Shown one piece after another: positions 9,845 through 19,534 of a DNA stretch of 64,000 nt. Made by a program: the position numbers and the translations under genes. Numbering within the stretch: the first letter of the stretch is position 1; each line of letters begins with the position of its first letter. The notes beneath the pieces were generated by a model. That model did no database searches, had not been told where the DNA came from, and worked only from the letters and a program-made list of their open reading frames with translations. The stretch is from Chthonomonadales bacterium (GTDB taxonomy: Bacteria; Armatimonadota; Chthonomonadetes; Chthonomonadales; CAJBBX01): contig JBBIPC010000008.1 of assembly GCA_037443035.1 (NCBI GenBank), positions 64,001 to 128,000 on the forward strand, read 5' to 3'.

Positions 9845-11338
9845 ATGTATTCCACGAAAGGCATCACTCTCGGAGAGCTGGCTGAGCGCATAGACGGCGC
9901 CGTGCTAAGAGGGAAGCCGACTGTCAGAGTCACAGGCGTCCAGCACGACTCGCGTGAGGTGCAGCCGGGCGATCTATTTGCCTGCATCGTCGGGCAGAGA
10001 CACGATGGTCATGAGTACGCGGGCGATGCCGTAGCGCGTGGCGCCGTGGGACTGCTCGTATCGCGCGATCGCCCGACAGTCCTGCTACCGGACGTGCCGT
10101 GTCTGCTGGTCGAGGACACGCGTCTAGCGCTGCCGGCGGCAGCATCGGCCGTCTTCGGGGAACCGAGTCGATCGCTGGAAGTCGTCGGCGTGACAGGTAC
10201 CAATGGCAAGACTACGACAACAGCCATGGTGGAGGCTATTGCGCGTGCGACCGGTCGGAAGACGGGAAGGATCGGCACGCTTGGCGCGACGGCCCTGGGC
10301 GAGGACTTGCCGTGCGCCCACACCACACCAGAGGCAGATGATCTCCAGCGGCTCTTCGCTCTGATGCTGGAACGGGGCGTCACGACCGTGGCCATGGAGG
10401 TGAGTAGCCACGGTCTCGCCCTCCATCGAACAGATTGCACAGCCTTCAGAGTCGGGGTCTTCCAGAACCTCACGCAAGACCACCTGGACTACCATGGCGA
10501 TCTGAGTGCTTATTTCGCCGCGAAACTGAGACTGTTCACGGAATACCCTCGCTGGTCACCTCACGGCTTCACAGCGGTCGTCAATCTGGACGATCCTCGA
10601 GGGTCCGAGGTTGCGCAGGCGACTGTTGGGCAAGTCATCACGTTCGGAACAAGCGCGAACGCCGATATACGGGCGAATGTCATCACTGCTCGTGCGGACG
10701 AGACCCGATTCTTGGTAGATGGTCTGTGCGGCCGAATGGAGATCTGCCTACCGATTGGAGGACTGTTTCAGGTCGCCAACGCCCTGGGTGCTATTGGCGC
10801 CGCCATGGCCCTCGGGTTCTCAGCTTCTTCGATCGTGACGGGGTTGCACTCCATGCGACCCGTGCCTGGTAGGTTCGAAGCCGTGCCGACTGGCAGGCCA
10901 TGGAGCGTCATCGTGGACTTCGCTCATACGCCGGATGGCCTGCAATCGCTGCTTACCTCTGCACGTGCCCTGAAGCCGTCGAGGCTGATACTAGTCTTCG
11001 GCTGCGGTGGTAATCGCGATCGCACCAAGCGGCCCATCATGGGTCGCATCGCCGGCGAAGGAGCCGACGTGGTCGTCGTCACCTCTGACAACCCGCGACA
11101 CGAGAAGCCAGAGGACATCATTCAGGAAATCCTGCCTGGCATTAGAGGCACAGATGCGGAAGTGCATGTCGAACCAGACCGTCGGAAGGCCACTCACCTG
11201 GCCCTCAGCCTTGCCCGTGGAGGCGACCTGGTACTCCTCGCGGGAAAGGGTGGCGAGCGGGAGATGATCGTCGGCGATGAGCGGATACCCTACGACGACA
11301 CGGTCGTCGTCCGTGAACTACTGGAGCAGCTCCCGTGA
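9845..11338 (+). CDS. murE: UDP-MurNAc-Ala-Glu--meso-DAP ligase
   Basis: GVTGTNGKTT, TTPE, MEVSSH, DHLDYH and SDNPR (the DNPR motif is associated with meso-DAP specificity). Confidence 0.95.
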   Translation: MYSTKGITLGELAERIDGAVLRGKPTVRVTGVQHDSREVQPGDLFACIVGQRHDGHEYAGDAVARGAVGLLVSRDRPTVLLPDVPCLLVEDTRLALPAAASAVFGEPSRSLEVVGVTGTNGKTTTTAMVEAIARATGRKTGRIGTLGATALGEDLPCAHTTPEADDLQRLFALMLERGVTTVAMEVSSHGLALHRTDCTAFRVGVFQNLTQDHLDYHGDLSAYFAAKLRLFTEYPRWSPHGFTAVVNLDDPRGSEVAQATVGQVITFGTSANADIRANVITARADETRFLVDGLCGRMEICLPIGGLFQVANALGAIGAAMALGFSASSIVTGLHSMRPVPGRFEAVPTGRPWSVIVDFAHTPDGLQSLLTSARALKPSRLILVFGCGGNRDRTKRPIMGRIAGEGADVVVVTSDNPRHEKPEDIIQEILPGIRGTDAEVHVEPDRRKATHLALSLARGGDLVLLAGKGGEREMIVGDERIPYDDTVVVRELLEQLP

Positions 11339-12330
11339 CGGTGATGGGCGGACTGAGCACGTCGCTCTTCTGCATGGTGCTCTCGATCGTCGCGACCATA
11401 GCCGCGGGCTACCCGCTGCTGCGCTCGCTGACCAAGGCTGGCATTCGGCAAAGCGTGTCTTCCGATGCACCCGGACGTCATGCCTCGAAAGAAGGTACGC
11501 CCACCATGGGGGGCCTGACCATGGCAGTTGGGCTCGTTGCGGGCGGAGCGGCGCTAGCGCTAATGGGTCGGTGGAACCGAGATGTGGCAGCCGCAGGGAT
11601 AGTCTCGTTGGCATTTGGCTGCATCGGCTTCCTCGATGATTACCTGATCGTTAGACGCGGACGCAATCTCGGTCTCACGGCGCGGCAGAAGCTTGCCCTG
11701 CAGTTCTGCGTAGCGGCCGTCTTCACCGCCTGGCTGCGTTCCGTGCGAGGTACGGAGAGCGGTACGACGGTGGCAGGGCTGGATCTTGGCGTGTGGTACT
11801 ACCTTATTGCCGTGCTTCTCGTGGTAGGCCTGAGCAACGCAACCAATCTGGCGGATGGTCTCGACGGGCTTTCGGCGGGAATGAGCGCCATCGTATTCAT
11901 CGGTCTTGGCATGCTAGGCGGAACTCCATCACCGGCAGCGTGGATACTCGCTGGTGCGTGTGCGGGCATGCTCTGGTTCAACTTGCATCCAGCTCTCGTT
12001 TTCATGGGGAACACCGGCGCGCTGGCTCTGGGGGCAGCCATGGCCACCATCGGTCTGCTAGGACGCCATGAGCTTCCACTTCAGCTAGCGGCCATCGTCT
12101 TCTGGGCGGAGACCCTTTCCGTCATGGCACAAGTCCTGGTCTTCAAATGGCGCAAGCGGGCGCATGGCGTGGAATACGCGCGGGCGCATCGGCTGTTTCG
12201 TCGGGCGCCGCTGCATCATCACCTGGAGGAGATCGGATGGCCGGAGACGAGGATCGTGGGTCGCCTGTGGCTCATCACCGGCCTGTCAACGGTGCTCGCT
12301 GTTCTGTGGGCGAGGACAGGCTGGGCATAG
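11335..12330 (+). CDS. mraY: Phospho-MurNAc-pentapeptide translocase
   Basis: KEGTPTMGG, GFLDD, NATNLADGLDGL and APLHHHLE; FMGN replaces the usual FMGD. Confidence 0.93.
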   Translation: MTVMGGLSTSLFCMVLSIVATIAAGYPLLRSLTKAGIRQSVSSDAPGRHASKEGTPTMGGLTMAVGLVAGGAALALMGRWNRDVAAAGIVSLAFGCIGFLDDYLIVRRGRNLGLTARQKLALQFCVAAVFTAWLRSVRGTESGTTVAGLDLGVWYYLIAVLLVVGLSNATNLADGLDGLSAGMSAIVFIGLGMLGGTPSPAAWILAGACAGMLWFNLHPALVFMGNTGALALGAAMATIGLLGRHELPLQLAAIVFWAETLSVMAQVLVFKWRKRAHGVEYARAHRLFRRAPLHHHLEEIGWPETRIVGRLWLITGLSTVLAVLWARTGWA

Positions 12331-12385
12331 CTCGGGAAGATGCGGCATAGGGACACCTGGACACGACCAATAAGGAAAGAAGTAA

Positions 12386-13813
12386 GTGACACTGGCACTT
12401 AGAACGAAGCAGTTCATGGGTCGGCGCGTTGCAGTCATCGGCGCTGCACGCACGGGCAGAGCGGTGTCTGCCGTCTTGACCAGGCTCGGCGCGACGGTGC
12501 GGCTGAGCGATGCAAAGTCCCCCGAGGAGCTGGCGGAGGATTATCGAGAGGCATCGGCACTAGCGGTGGAAGTCCTGGCGGGCGCTTCGCCGGAAGCGGC
12601 GCTGGAAGGCGTTGATCTCGTAGTCCCGTCGCCGGGCGTGCGCCGCAACTCGCCGACCCTTCGGCTCGCCATGGAGCGGAGCATTCCCATCCTTTCGGAA
12701 GTCGAGATTGCATATCGTATTGCGCGCTGCCCCATCCTCGCCGTGACCGGTACCAACGGGAAGAGCACTACCGTCGTCTGGCTGGCGCGGATGCTGCAGA
12801 CGTCGGGTTACCGCGCCCACATTGCTGGTAACATCGCCACGGACACGATCCAGCGTACGCTCATAGATGCCGCCGAAGAGGCCGAAGAGCAAGACGTCAT
12901 CGTGGCCGAAGTCAGCTCGTTCCAACTCGAGTGGGTGGAGAGATTCAGGCCGAAGATCGGAGTGCTCACGAACATCCGGCGCGACCATCTGGCAGCGCAC
13001 GGTGGTTTCGAAGCCTATGCGGCGTGCAAGGCGCGCATGTTCGCGGCACAGAGGCCGGATGACATCGCCATCCTGAACGCAGTCAACGCTCCTAGCAGGC
13101 GTGTTGCGGCCAATCTCCGGTCGCGCGTGGTCTGGTTCGACCGCGGTCACTGCGAGTCAGAGGAGTGGGCGTCTGTCCGAGATCAGTATCTGACGGTTCG
13201 TCTCAAGGGCTCCGAGTACAGACTCGTTCATGTAGACGAGCTGCAACTCCCGGGCCGACACAACGTGGAGAACGCGCTCGCTGCGTCGGCCGCAGCGTTG
13301 GCCTACGGAGCGGATCCTGAGGCAGTGGCTGTGGAGCTTCGGGCGTTCGACGGCTTGGATCATCGAATGGAGATCGTCGCCGAGCATGGGGGCGTCACAT
13401 TCATCAACAGCTCCATGACTACCAATGTGGATTCGGCTGTCCGTGTCCTGGAGACTGTGGGTCGGCACATTATCCTGATTGCTGGCGGCGCACCCAAGGG
13501 CGAGGACTTCGGTCCGCTCGGGCGTGCCATGGCGAGGTATGTGAATCACGCCATCCTCATTGGAGAAGCAGCGCCCGTCATCGAAACGGCGGCGTTCGAC
13601 GCGGATTTTCACAACGTCAGTCGGGCAGATAGCCTCGAAGACGCCGTACGTCAGGCAGCACTACGCGCACGACCCGGCGACACAGTGCTTCTCGCCCCTG
13701 CGTGTGCTAGTCACGATATGTTTCGCGATTTCCAGGAGAGGGGACGGGTCTTCCGATATGCCGTGGCCCAGTTGATGGCCGAAGAATCCGGCGGTATGGC
13801 TGACGAACCATGA
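12386..13813 (+). CDS. murD: UDP-MurNAc-L-Ala--D-glutamate ligase
   Basis: VVPSPG, GTNGKSTT, EVSSFQLE, HRME and PACAS.DMF..F.ERG. Confidence 0.92.
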   Translation: MTLALRTKQFMGRRVAVIGAARTGRAVSAVLTRLGATVRLSDAKSPEELAEDYREASALAVEVLAGASPEAALEGVDLVVPSPGVRRNSPTLRLAMERSIPILSEVEIAYRIARCPILAVTGTNGKSTTVVWLARMLQTSGYRAHIAGNIATDTIQRTLIDAAEEAEEQDVIVAEVSSFQLEWVERFRPKIGVLTNIRRDHLAAHGGFEAYAACKARMFAAQRPDDIAILNAVNAPSRRVAANLRSRVVWFDRGHCESEEWASVRDQYLTVRLKGSEYRLVHVDELQLPGRHNVENALAASAAALAYGADPEAVAVELRAFDGLDHRMEIVAEHGGVTFINSSMTTNVDSAVRVLETVGRHIILIAGGAPKGEDFGPLGRAMARYVNHAILIGEAAPVIETAAFDADFHNVSRADSLEDAVRQAALRARPGDTVLLAPACASHDMFRDFQERGRVFRYAVAQLMAEESGGMADEP

Positions 13814-14955
13814 ACACGGAACGATTGCTGCAGACTACCTCGATCCTTGCATGCGTAGCGGTCGTGGTGCTGACGGGTATGGGTATTCTCATGACACAAG
13901 CAGCGAGCAACCCCGCTCAGTTGGGGGTGACCCCATGGCACACCGCACCTGTCGTCAAGCAGATCCTGGCTGCAGTCATAGGACTGGCCGTCATGTTCGT
14001 CATGTCGCGCGTTACATACGACCAGTTGCGGCAGGCAGCGTTGCCGTTTCTACTTGTCTGCGGCGTCATGCTGGTGCTTGTCTTCGTGCCGGGTGTACGC
14101 GCGCCCATTGGTACGTTCTACAGACGCATTGGCTATGCGAGTTGGACCGTCCAGCCCAGCGAATTCGCCAAGCTGGCCCTGGTACTGTTTCTTGCGAGCC
14201 ACTTGTGCGTGCGGAGGCGTGACCCGACCGCTCGGAAGACGCTGGGGGGTGCCCTCTTTGCGATACTCGCCGTAGCGCTTCTCGTAGAGCGGGAGCCGGA
14301 TCTCGGAACGGCCATCGTCATCGTCCTGACGGGCTTCACAGTACTCTACGTTGCCGGTGCAAAGACCAGGCATCTTGCGGCCGTGCTCGCGACCTTGATG
14401 GTTATCGGCTTGGCCTCGGTGGTGCTTGGCGACAGAATAGGGGCGGGGCACCGGACCAGCAGGTTCGCGGGGTGGTGGGATCCCGAAGGCCACGCGAGGG
14501 ACGCAGGATATCAAGTGCTTCAGAGCCTAATCTCGATATCGGCATCGGGTCTCCGTGGCACCGGGCTGGGAGCGGGAGAGCTGCGCTTCTACATTCCGGC
14601 ATCGAATACAGACTACGTCATGGCTGCCGTCGCTGAGGAGATGGGGATCATGGGGATCCTCGTAGTAGCGATTTGCATCGCGGTCATCGTCCTGCATGCC
14701 CACCTGATCGTCGTGCACAACAGGGATCCTTTCGTGCGATATACCGCCGCCGGGATCGGAGCGATGATCATGTGGCAGGCCATCATCAACGTGGCTGTCG
14801 TGACGAACTGTATTCCCTGCACGGGAGTCACCATGCCGTTCATCAGCTTCGGCACCTCTTCCCTCGTTGCTATGTCCGCCGCTGTTGGGATTCTTCTGCG
14901 CCCCATACCGCTGGAAGCCCTTTTCGGGCGGACAGTGGCGAGGGCTTCGTCATGA
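13810..14955 (+). CDS. ftsW: SEDS peptidoglycan glycosyltransferase FtsW
   Basis: QPSEFAK, EPDLGT, GYQVLQS, TDYV and TGVTMPFIS; about 10 TM segments. Confidence 0.92.
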   Translation: MNTERLLQTTSILACVAVVVLTGMGILMTQAASNPAQLGVTPWHTAPVVKQILAAVIGLAVMFVMSRVTYDQLRQAALPFLLVCGVMLVLVFVPGVRAPIGTFYRRIGYASWTVQPSEFAKLALVLFLASHLCVRRRDPTARKTLGGALFAILAVALLVEREPDLGTAIVIVLTGFTVLYVAGAKTRHLAAVLATLMVIGLASVVLGDRIGAGHRTSRFAGWWDPEGHARDAGYQVLQSLISISASGLRGTGLGAGELRFYIPASNTDYVMAAVAEEMGIMGILVVAICIAVIVLHAHLIVVHNRDPFVRYTAAGIGAMIMWQAIINVAVVTNCIPCTGVTMPFISFGTSSLVAMSAAVGILLRPIPLEALFGRTVARASS

Positions 14956-16031
14956 AAGTCGCCATTACGGGCGGCGGCACGGGCGGGCATATCTACCCGG
15001 CACTCGCCGTCGGCGAGTTCCTGTCACGCACGTACCCCGACGTTCGTGTTTGCTTCATCGGCGCATCTGGAGGGATGGAGGAGCGGCTCGCGCAGTCGAG
15101 CGGTTTCCCTTTCTCGGGCGTGGTGGCACGGAAGATACGCAGGCTTATCTCGCCGGACACCGTGGTGACGCTGCTCGTCCTTGGCAGGGGATGGCTGCAG
15201 GCGCGTCGCCATCTGCGGACGATCTCGCCGAGTGTCGTGTTGGGTACGGGCGGTTACGTGGCCGCCGCCACGGTCATTGCAGCCAGCGGTCTCGGCTTGC
15301 CCGTCGTCATTCATGAGCAGAACGCCATCGGCGGTAGGACGAACCGATGGCTCGCACGCCTGGCAGCACGCGTCTGTCTAACCTACGAGGAAAGCCTGCC
15401 TAACTTCCCTCGGGAACGTGCCGTTGTCACTGGATTGCCTATTCGCGCCGATCTGGTGGGGACAGTGGAGCGAGGGGAGGCACACCGAGCGCTCGGAGTA
15501 CCGCCCGAGAGCTTCATGGTTCTTGTGCTTGGAGGGAGTCAGGGAGCACAGGCGCTGAACAAGGTAGTACGGGAGGCCATATCGCGCCTTCCGGACAACG
15601 TGTTTGTCTTGCATCAGACGGGACCGACGGACGCCGATCCTTGTGGAAGCCGAGAGCGGTACCGGCCGGTAGCCTTTCTCGACACGAAGATGCTGCGATT
15701 GGCCTACCACGCGGCGGACTTGGCCCTCAGCCGTTGCGGAGCGTCCACGCTGGCGGAACTCGCAGTAGCCGGGCTGCCAGCCATGCTCGTGCCGTATCCG
15801 GCAGCGTATGCGGACCATCAGACGGCCAATGCACGGGTTGTGGTGCGCCATGGCGCTGCCGTGCTGATACCGCAGGCAGAGCTGACCCCTGCTCGCTTCG
15901 TCGGAGAGGTCATCGCGCTCATGGAGGATCGCGAACGCCTCGAGAGCATGGCTCGCGCATCAGCAGCGCTCGCCAGACCCAACGCGGCGGAGCAGGTCGG
16001 GAGGTTGGTGATCGAGTGCGCGAAGAAGTGA
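14952..16031 (+). CDS. murG: Lipid II GlcNAc transferase MurG
   Basis: GGGTGGHIYP, HEQNA, GGSQGA and DHQTANA. True start is ATG 14952, an ATGA overlap with the ftsW stop. Confidence 0.95.
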   Translation: MKVAITGGGTGGHIYPALAVGEFLSRTYPDVRVCFIGASGGMEERLAQSSGFPFSGVVARKIRRLISPDTVVTLLVLGRGWLQARRHLRTISPSVVLGTGGYVAAATVIAASGLGLPVVIHEQNAIGGRTNRWLARLAARVCLTYEESLPNFPRERAVVTGLPIRADLVGTVERGEAHRALGVPPESFMVLVLGGSQGAQALNKVVREAISRLPDNVFVLHQTGPTDADPCGSRERYRPVAFLDTKMLRLAYHAADLALSRCGASTLAELAVAGLPAMLVPYPAAYADHQTANARVVVRHGAAVLIPQAELTPARFVGEVIALMEDRERLESMARASAALARPNAAEQVGRLVIECAKK

Positions 16032-17428
16032 CCCGCCGGCGAGTTCACTACATCGGTATCAGCGGCATCGGCATGAGCGCGCTCGCGCAGATTGATCTGT
16101 TGCGCGGTCGGATTGTTTCTGGTTCCGACCTCATGCCAGGTGCGATGGCCGAGAAGTTGAGGGCCATGGGCGCTACCGTCTTCGTGGGCCACGACGCGAA
16201 CAATGTGCGCGCGACCAAACCCGACGTTGTGGTGTTCACCGACGCGGTTCGTGAAGACAACCCGGAGGTTCAGGAAGCGCGCCGTCGCAACGTGCCCGTC
16301 GTCCGCCGCGCAGAATACCTCGGCACGGTGATGGAAGGCTTCGCCGGGCCGCGGATCGCCGTGGCTGGCACCCATGGAAAGACGACGACGACTGCTATGC
16401 TGGCCGAAGTCCTTGTCAGTGCTGGCTTGGATCCAACGGTGCTCGTGGGCGGTGAATATGGCCCCTTTCAGGGGAACCTGCGGCTTGGTTCCGGTGAGGT
16501 GTTTGTCACCGAGGCTTGCGAGGCGTTCCGGTCGTTTCACGCCTTGCATCCCGACGTCGCCATCATCACAAACGTAGAAGCTGACCATCTCGACTGCTAC
16601 GGCACCATGGAAGGGGTCGTAGAAGGTTTCGTGACGTTCGTTCGAGGTGTCAGGCCGGAGGGCGTTGTTATCATCGGGGTGCTGAGCAGTACCGAAGATG
16701 CTGTGGCCGAGGCGGCTCGGGGCTGTGGGTTTCGGGTCGTGCGTTTCTCACTTGGCGAGGATGCTCGAGCCGATGTCTGGGCGGACGACGTTGCGTTGGA
16801 ACGAGGTGGAGCATCGTTCACGCTGCGCGGCCGTCACGTGCCCACGCCAGGGCTTCGGGCTATGCTGCACGTTCCTGGAGAGCACAACATTCGCAACGCG
16901 CTGGCGGCCTACGGCGCTGCTCTGGTCATGGGGCTGGACCTGGCGGCGGTTACGGGAGGGCTGGCACGTTTCCGGGGCGTCGGCAGAAGGTTCGAGATGC
17001 TCGGTGTGCGTAGCGGCGTGCAGGTCATTGATGACTACGCACACCATCCCACCGAGATACGGAGCACTCTGCACGCTACTCGTGCCTCCTATCCTGGTCG
17101 GCGTCTCGTCGTGGTTTTCCAGCCGCACCTTTTCAGCCGGACGCGCGACTTCCTGCGAGAATTCGCCGTGGTGCTGAGCGAGGCGGACCTGGTCATTCTG
17201 ACGGACATCTACCGCGCCCGGGAAGACCCGATAGATGGGGTGGAAATCACTTCGCTGGCTCAACAATGTGCTAGCGTGGCACCTGAATTGCAGCTTCTCG
17301 TCGAGCGCGATAAGGACCGCATTCCTGACATACTGGAGCGAATCACTCGACCCGGCGACATTGTGCTGACGGTAGGAGCCGGCGACATCCGACAGGTCGG
17401 CGAGGTCTACTTGGCGCGAGGAGCATGA
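16028..17428 (+). CDS. murC: UDP-MurNAc--L-alanine ligase
   Basis: GISGIGMSALA, AGTHGKTTTT, DDYAHHPTE and FQPHLFSRT; GTG start overlaps the murG stop. Confidence 0.95.
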   Translation: MTRRRVHYIGISGIGMSALAQIDLLRGRIVSGSDLMPGAMAEKLRAMGATVFVGHDANNVRATKPDVVVFTDAVREDNPEVQEARRRNVPVVRRAEYLGTVMEGFAGPRIAVAGTHGKTTTTAMLAEVLVSAGLDPTVLVGGEYGPFQGNLRLGSGEVFVTEACEAFRSFHALHPDVAIITNVEADHLDCYGTMEGVVEGFVTFVRGVRPEGVVIIGVLSSTEDAVAEAARGCGFRVVRFSLGEDARADVWADDVALERGGASFTLRGRHVPTPGLRAMLHVPGEHNIRNALAAYGAALVMGLDLAAVTGGLARFRGVGRRFEMLGVRSGVQVIDDYAHHPTEIRSTLHATRASYPGRRLVVVFQPHLFSRTRDFLREFAVVLSEADLVILTDIYRAREDPIDGVEITSLAQQCASVAPELQLLVERDKDRIPDILERITRPGDIVLTVGAGDIRQVGEVYLARGA

Positions 17429-18267
17429 GCATGAGGCGATCGGCGCGCAAGAGCGCATCGGCGGACCGGTCACGGCGTCCACCTCGTCGCTGGTGGACGG
17501 CACCGTGGCTTCACGGACGCAACATCGCGCGGACACTTGGCATCGGGGCGGTCGGCACGTGGGTGGTCGCCTTTGTAGCATCACCGGCCATGACCGTGCG
17601 AAGCATGAGCGTCCAGGTCTACGGCGCGGCGGAGCCACATGAGATCAGGGCCATCGTCCGTTCATCTGCCATACCACGACATACACGGCTGCTGCAGGTG
17701 CGCGCTGGGGATCTGGAGCGCCGCCTGGCGCAGTGGCCATGGGTCGCGGGTGCCCGTGTGCACCGCGATGTGTGGACACGCTCGATACGCCTATCCGTTA
17801 CGGTACGCGAACCAACAGTGGCACTCGAATGCAGTGGCCGACGTTGGGAGCTGGATGACGAAGGGCATGTGATCCGTCCTCTTCGACGCGGACAGAGGTT
17901 GACTGTGGTTCTTGCGGAAGTACCTGTCAAGATCGTCCAGGGACAGCAGATAAGCTCGGAAGAGATCCTGGGAGGTCTAGCAGCCGCGAGGCTGAGCCGG
18001 GCGGTACCGTGCCTGCGCGGGGCCAGAATCAACGTTGACCAAAGTGCTGCCATATGCTTTAATAGCATTGATGGCGTCGAAATCAGGGCTGGCGACGCAG
18101 GCAATCTGCCGACAAAGCTCGCTGTAGTTCAGCGCGTCTACGACCTCGCAGAGAGGGAGCATTGCCGCGTCCGAGACCGACTAGTCGCCATTGATGTTTC
18201 CGTACCGCGGCATCCAGGCGGACTACCCGTACCGCGAGAGGACCGTTTCGCGGCGCGCCGGATGTAG
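17425..18267 (+). CDS. ftsQ: Cell division protein FtsQ/DivIB
   Basis: Basic N-terminal tail, one TM segment, POTRA-like region (LAQWPWVAGARV...V.VREP) and C-terminal IDVSVP; typical dcw position. Confidence 0.75.
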   Translation: MSMRRSARKSASADRSRRPPRRWWTAPWLHGRNIARTLGIGAVGTWVVAFVASPAMTVRSMSVQVYGAAEPHEIRAIVRSSAIPRHTRLLQVRAGDLERRLAQWPWVAGARVHRDVWTRSIRLSVTVREPTVALECSGRRWELDDEGHVIRPLRRGQRLTVVLAEVPVKIVQGQQISSEEILGGLAAARLSRAVPCLRGARINVDQSAAICFNSIDGVEIRAGDAGNLPTKLAVVQRVYDLAEREHCRVRDRLVAIDVSVPRHPGGLPVPREDRFAARRM

Positions 18268-18304
18268 TCGATCGACGTGACAGCCAGCGGTCCGAGGATG
18301 CGGT

Positions 18305-19108
18305 GTGTCGTGGCAATGGGTGCCCAGAAAGGGTGCAGGGTTGTTCACATCATCGCACCGTCATCAGCCATGGCTCTGGCAGGTGACGGCGTTGTGCTTC
18401 ATACTCGGCCTCCTCGTGGCGGGATCGCTCCAGACAGTGAGTACGATCCGCCGCTCTGGCACGGCGCCAGGCCGCGTGGGCTTCGGAGGCGGGATCAGTC
18501 CAAGCATGACGGCAACTCTGCGCCAACGCGAGAAGGAGATCGCCGACCTGCGAGAGAAACAGACGGCACTGGAGAACGTACTCGCAGAGGGCAGCGGCAA
18601 GCTGCAGGCACTCAACGAAGAGCTTCAGAAAGTGAAGCTTCTGAGTGGTCTGACCGAGGTGGAGGGGCCGGGCATCTTCATGATGCTGCAAGACTCCAAA
18701 CGCCGGTCCAACAGAGCCTTCGAGTCCGAGCGCCTCATTGTCCACGACTACGACCTCCAGATGCTAGTGAATGAGTTGACCGCCAGTGGGGCCGAAGCCA
18801 TTTCGATCAACGGTCAGCGGGTCATCTCGCGGACAGCCATCCGGTGCGTTGGTCCGGCGATCATGGTGAACAGCGTGCCCGTAGTGCCCCCCTTCGAAAT
18901 ACTGGCCATCGGCGATCCTGGTACCCTGGCAGGTGGACTGAACCTACCAGGAGGGTATCTGGACGATCTGCGAGCCACCGATCCTGCCATGTTTCGCCTG
19001 GAGAGGCGCGAGCGGGTGCGCGTGCCGGCATACACAGGCAGCACGGAGGTACGATGGGCGAAGCCAGTTGTTGACAGCTCGAGAGGAAAGGAAGCGAGCA
19101 AGAAGTGA
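18305..19108 (+). CDS. DUF881 family protein (YlxW/YlxX-like)
   Basis: TM segment plus coiled coil; GLTEVEGPGI, VHDYDL, VNEL.ASGAEAISINGQR and PFEILAIGDP. Confidence 0.9.
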   Translation: MSWQWVPRKGAGLFTSSHRHQPWLWQVTALCFILGLLVAGSLQTVSTIRRSGTAPGRVGFGGGISPSMTATLRQREKEIADLREKQTALENVLAEGSGKLQALNEELQKVKLLSGLTEVEGPGIFMMLQDSKRRSNRAFESERLIVHDYDLQMLVNELTASGAEAISINGQRVISRTAIRCVGPAIMVNSVPVVPPFEILAIGDPGTLAGGLNLPGGYLDDLRATDPAMFRLERRERVRVPAYTGSTEVRWAKPVVDSSRGKEASKK

Positions 19109-19491
19109 CCTGGCTCTTGCCTATCGGTGCCATGTTCCTGGGCATCCTGGTCGGGTGGATCGGTTTCAGCCGCGTGAGCATTCCCGGCGAACTCGCCGGC
19201 ATCTACGCCCCCTATCTGTCGCTAGCGACGCTTGCGGGACTCGACACCTTGCTGGGAGGCATTCGCGCTGGGATCGAGGGACGGTTCCAGGACGATATTT
19301 TCGTGAGCGGCTTTGTTCTGAACACGCTGCTGGCAGCCGGGCTGGCGTATCTTGGCGATCGGATTGGGGTAGACCTATTTCTTGCCGCGGTCGTCGCGCT
19401 GGGCAGTCGCGTATTCCTCAACCTCTCCCTCATTCGGCGGTACTACCTAACGAACCTCACGCTGGCGCGCCGGAAGGAGGGTTCATCGTGA
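19105..19491 (+). CDS. sbp: Small basic protein (DUF1290)
   Basis: YLSLATLAGLDTLLGGIRA, FVSGF..N.LLA, LGDRIGVDL and F.NLSLIRR. Confidence 0.9.
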   Translation: MTWLLPIGAMFLGILVGWIGFSRVSIPGELAGIYAPYLSLATLAGLDTLLGGIRAGIEGRFQDDIFVSGFVLNTLLAAGLAYLGDRIGVDLFLAAVVALGSRVFLNLSLIRRYYLTNLTLARRKEGSS

Positions 19492-19534
19492 CGCGGCTGT
19501 GTGGTGGAGCCAGGGAGCGTGATGGGAGGCAACG

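Noticed and set aside
14673..16027. Long N-terminal extensions on MurG (from 14673) and MurC (from 15641) in the ORF track
   Set aside because: They overlap the upstream genes in another frame. The conserved N-termini begin at 14952 and 16028 with 4-bp stop/start overlaps.
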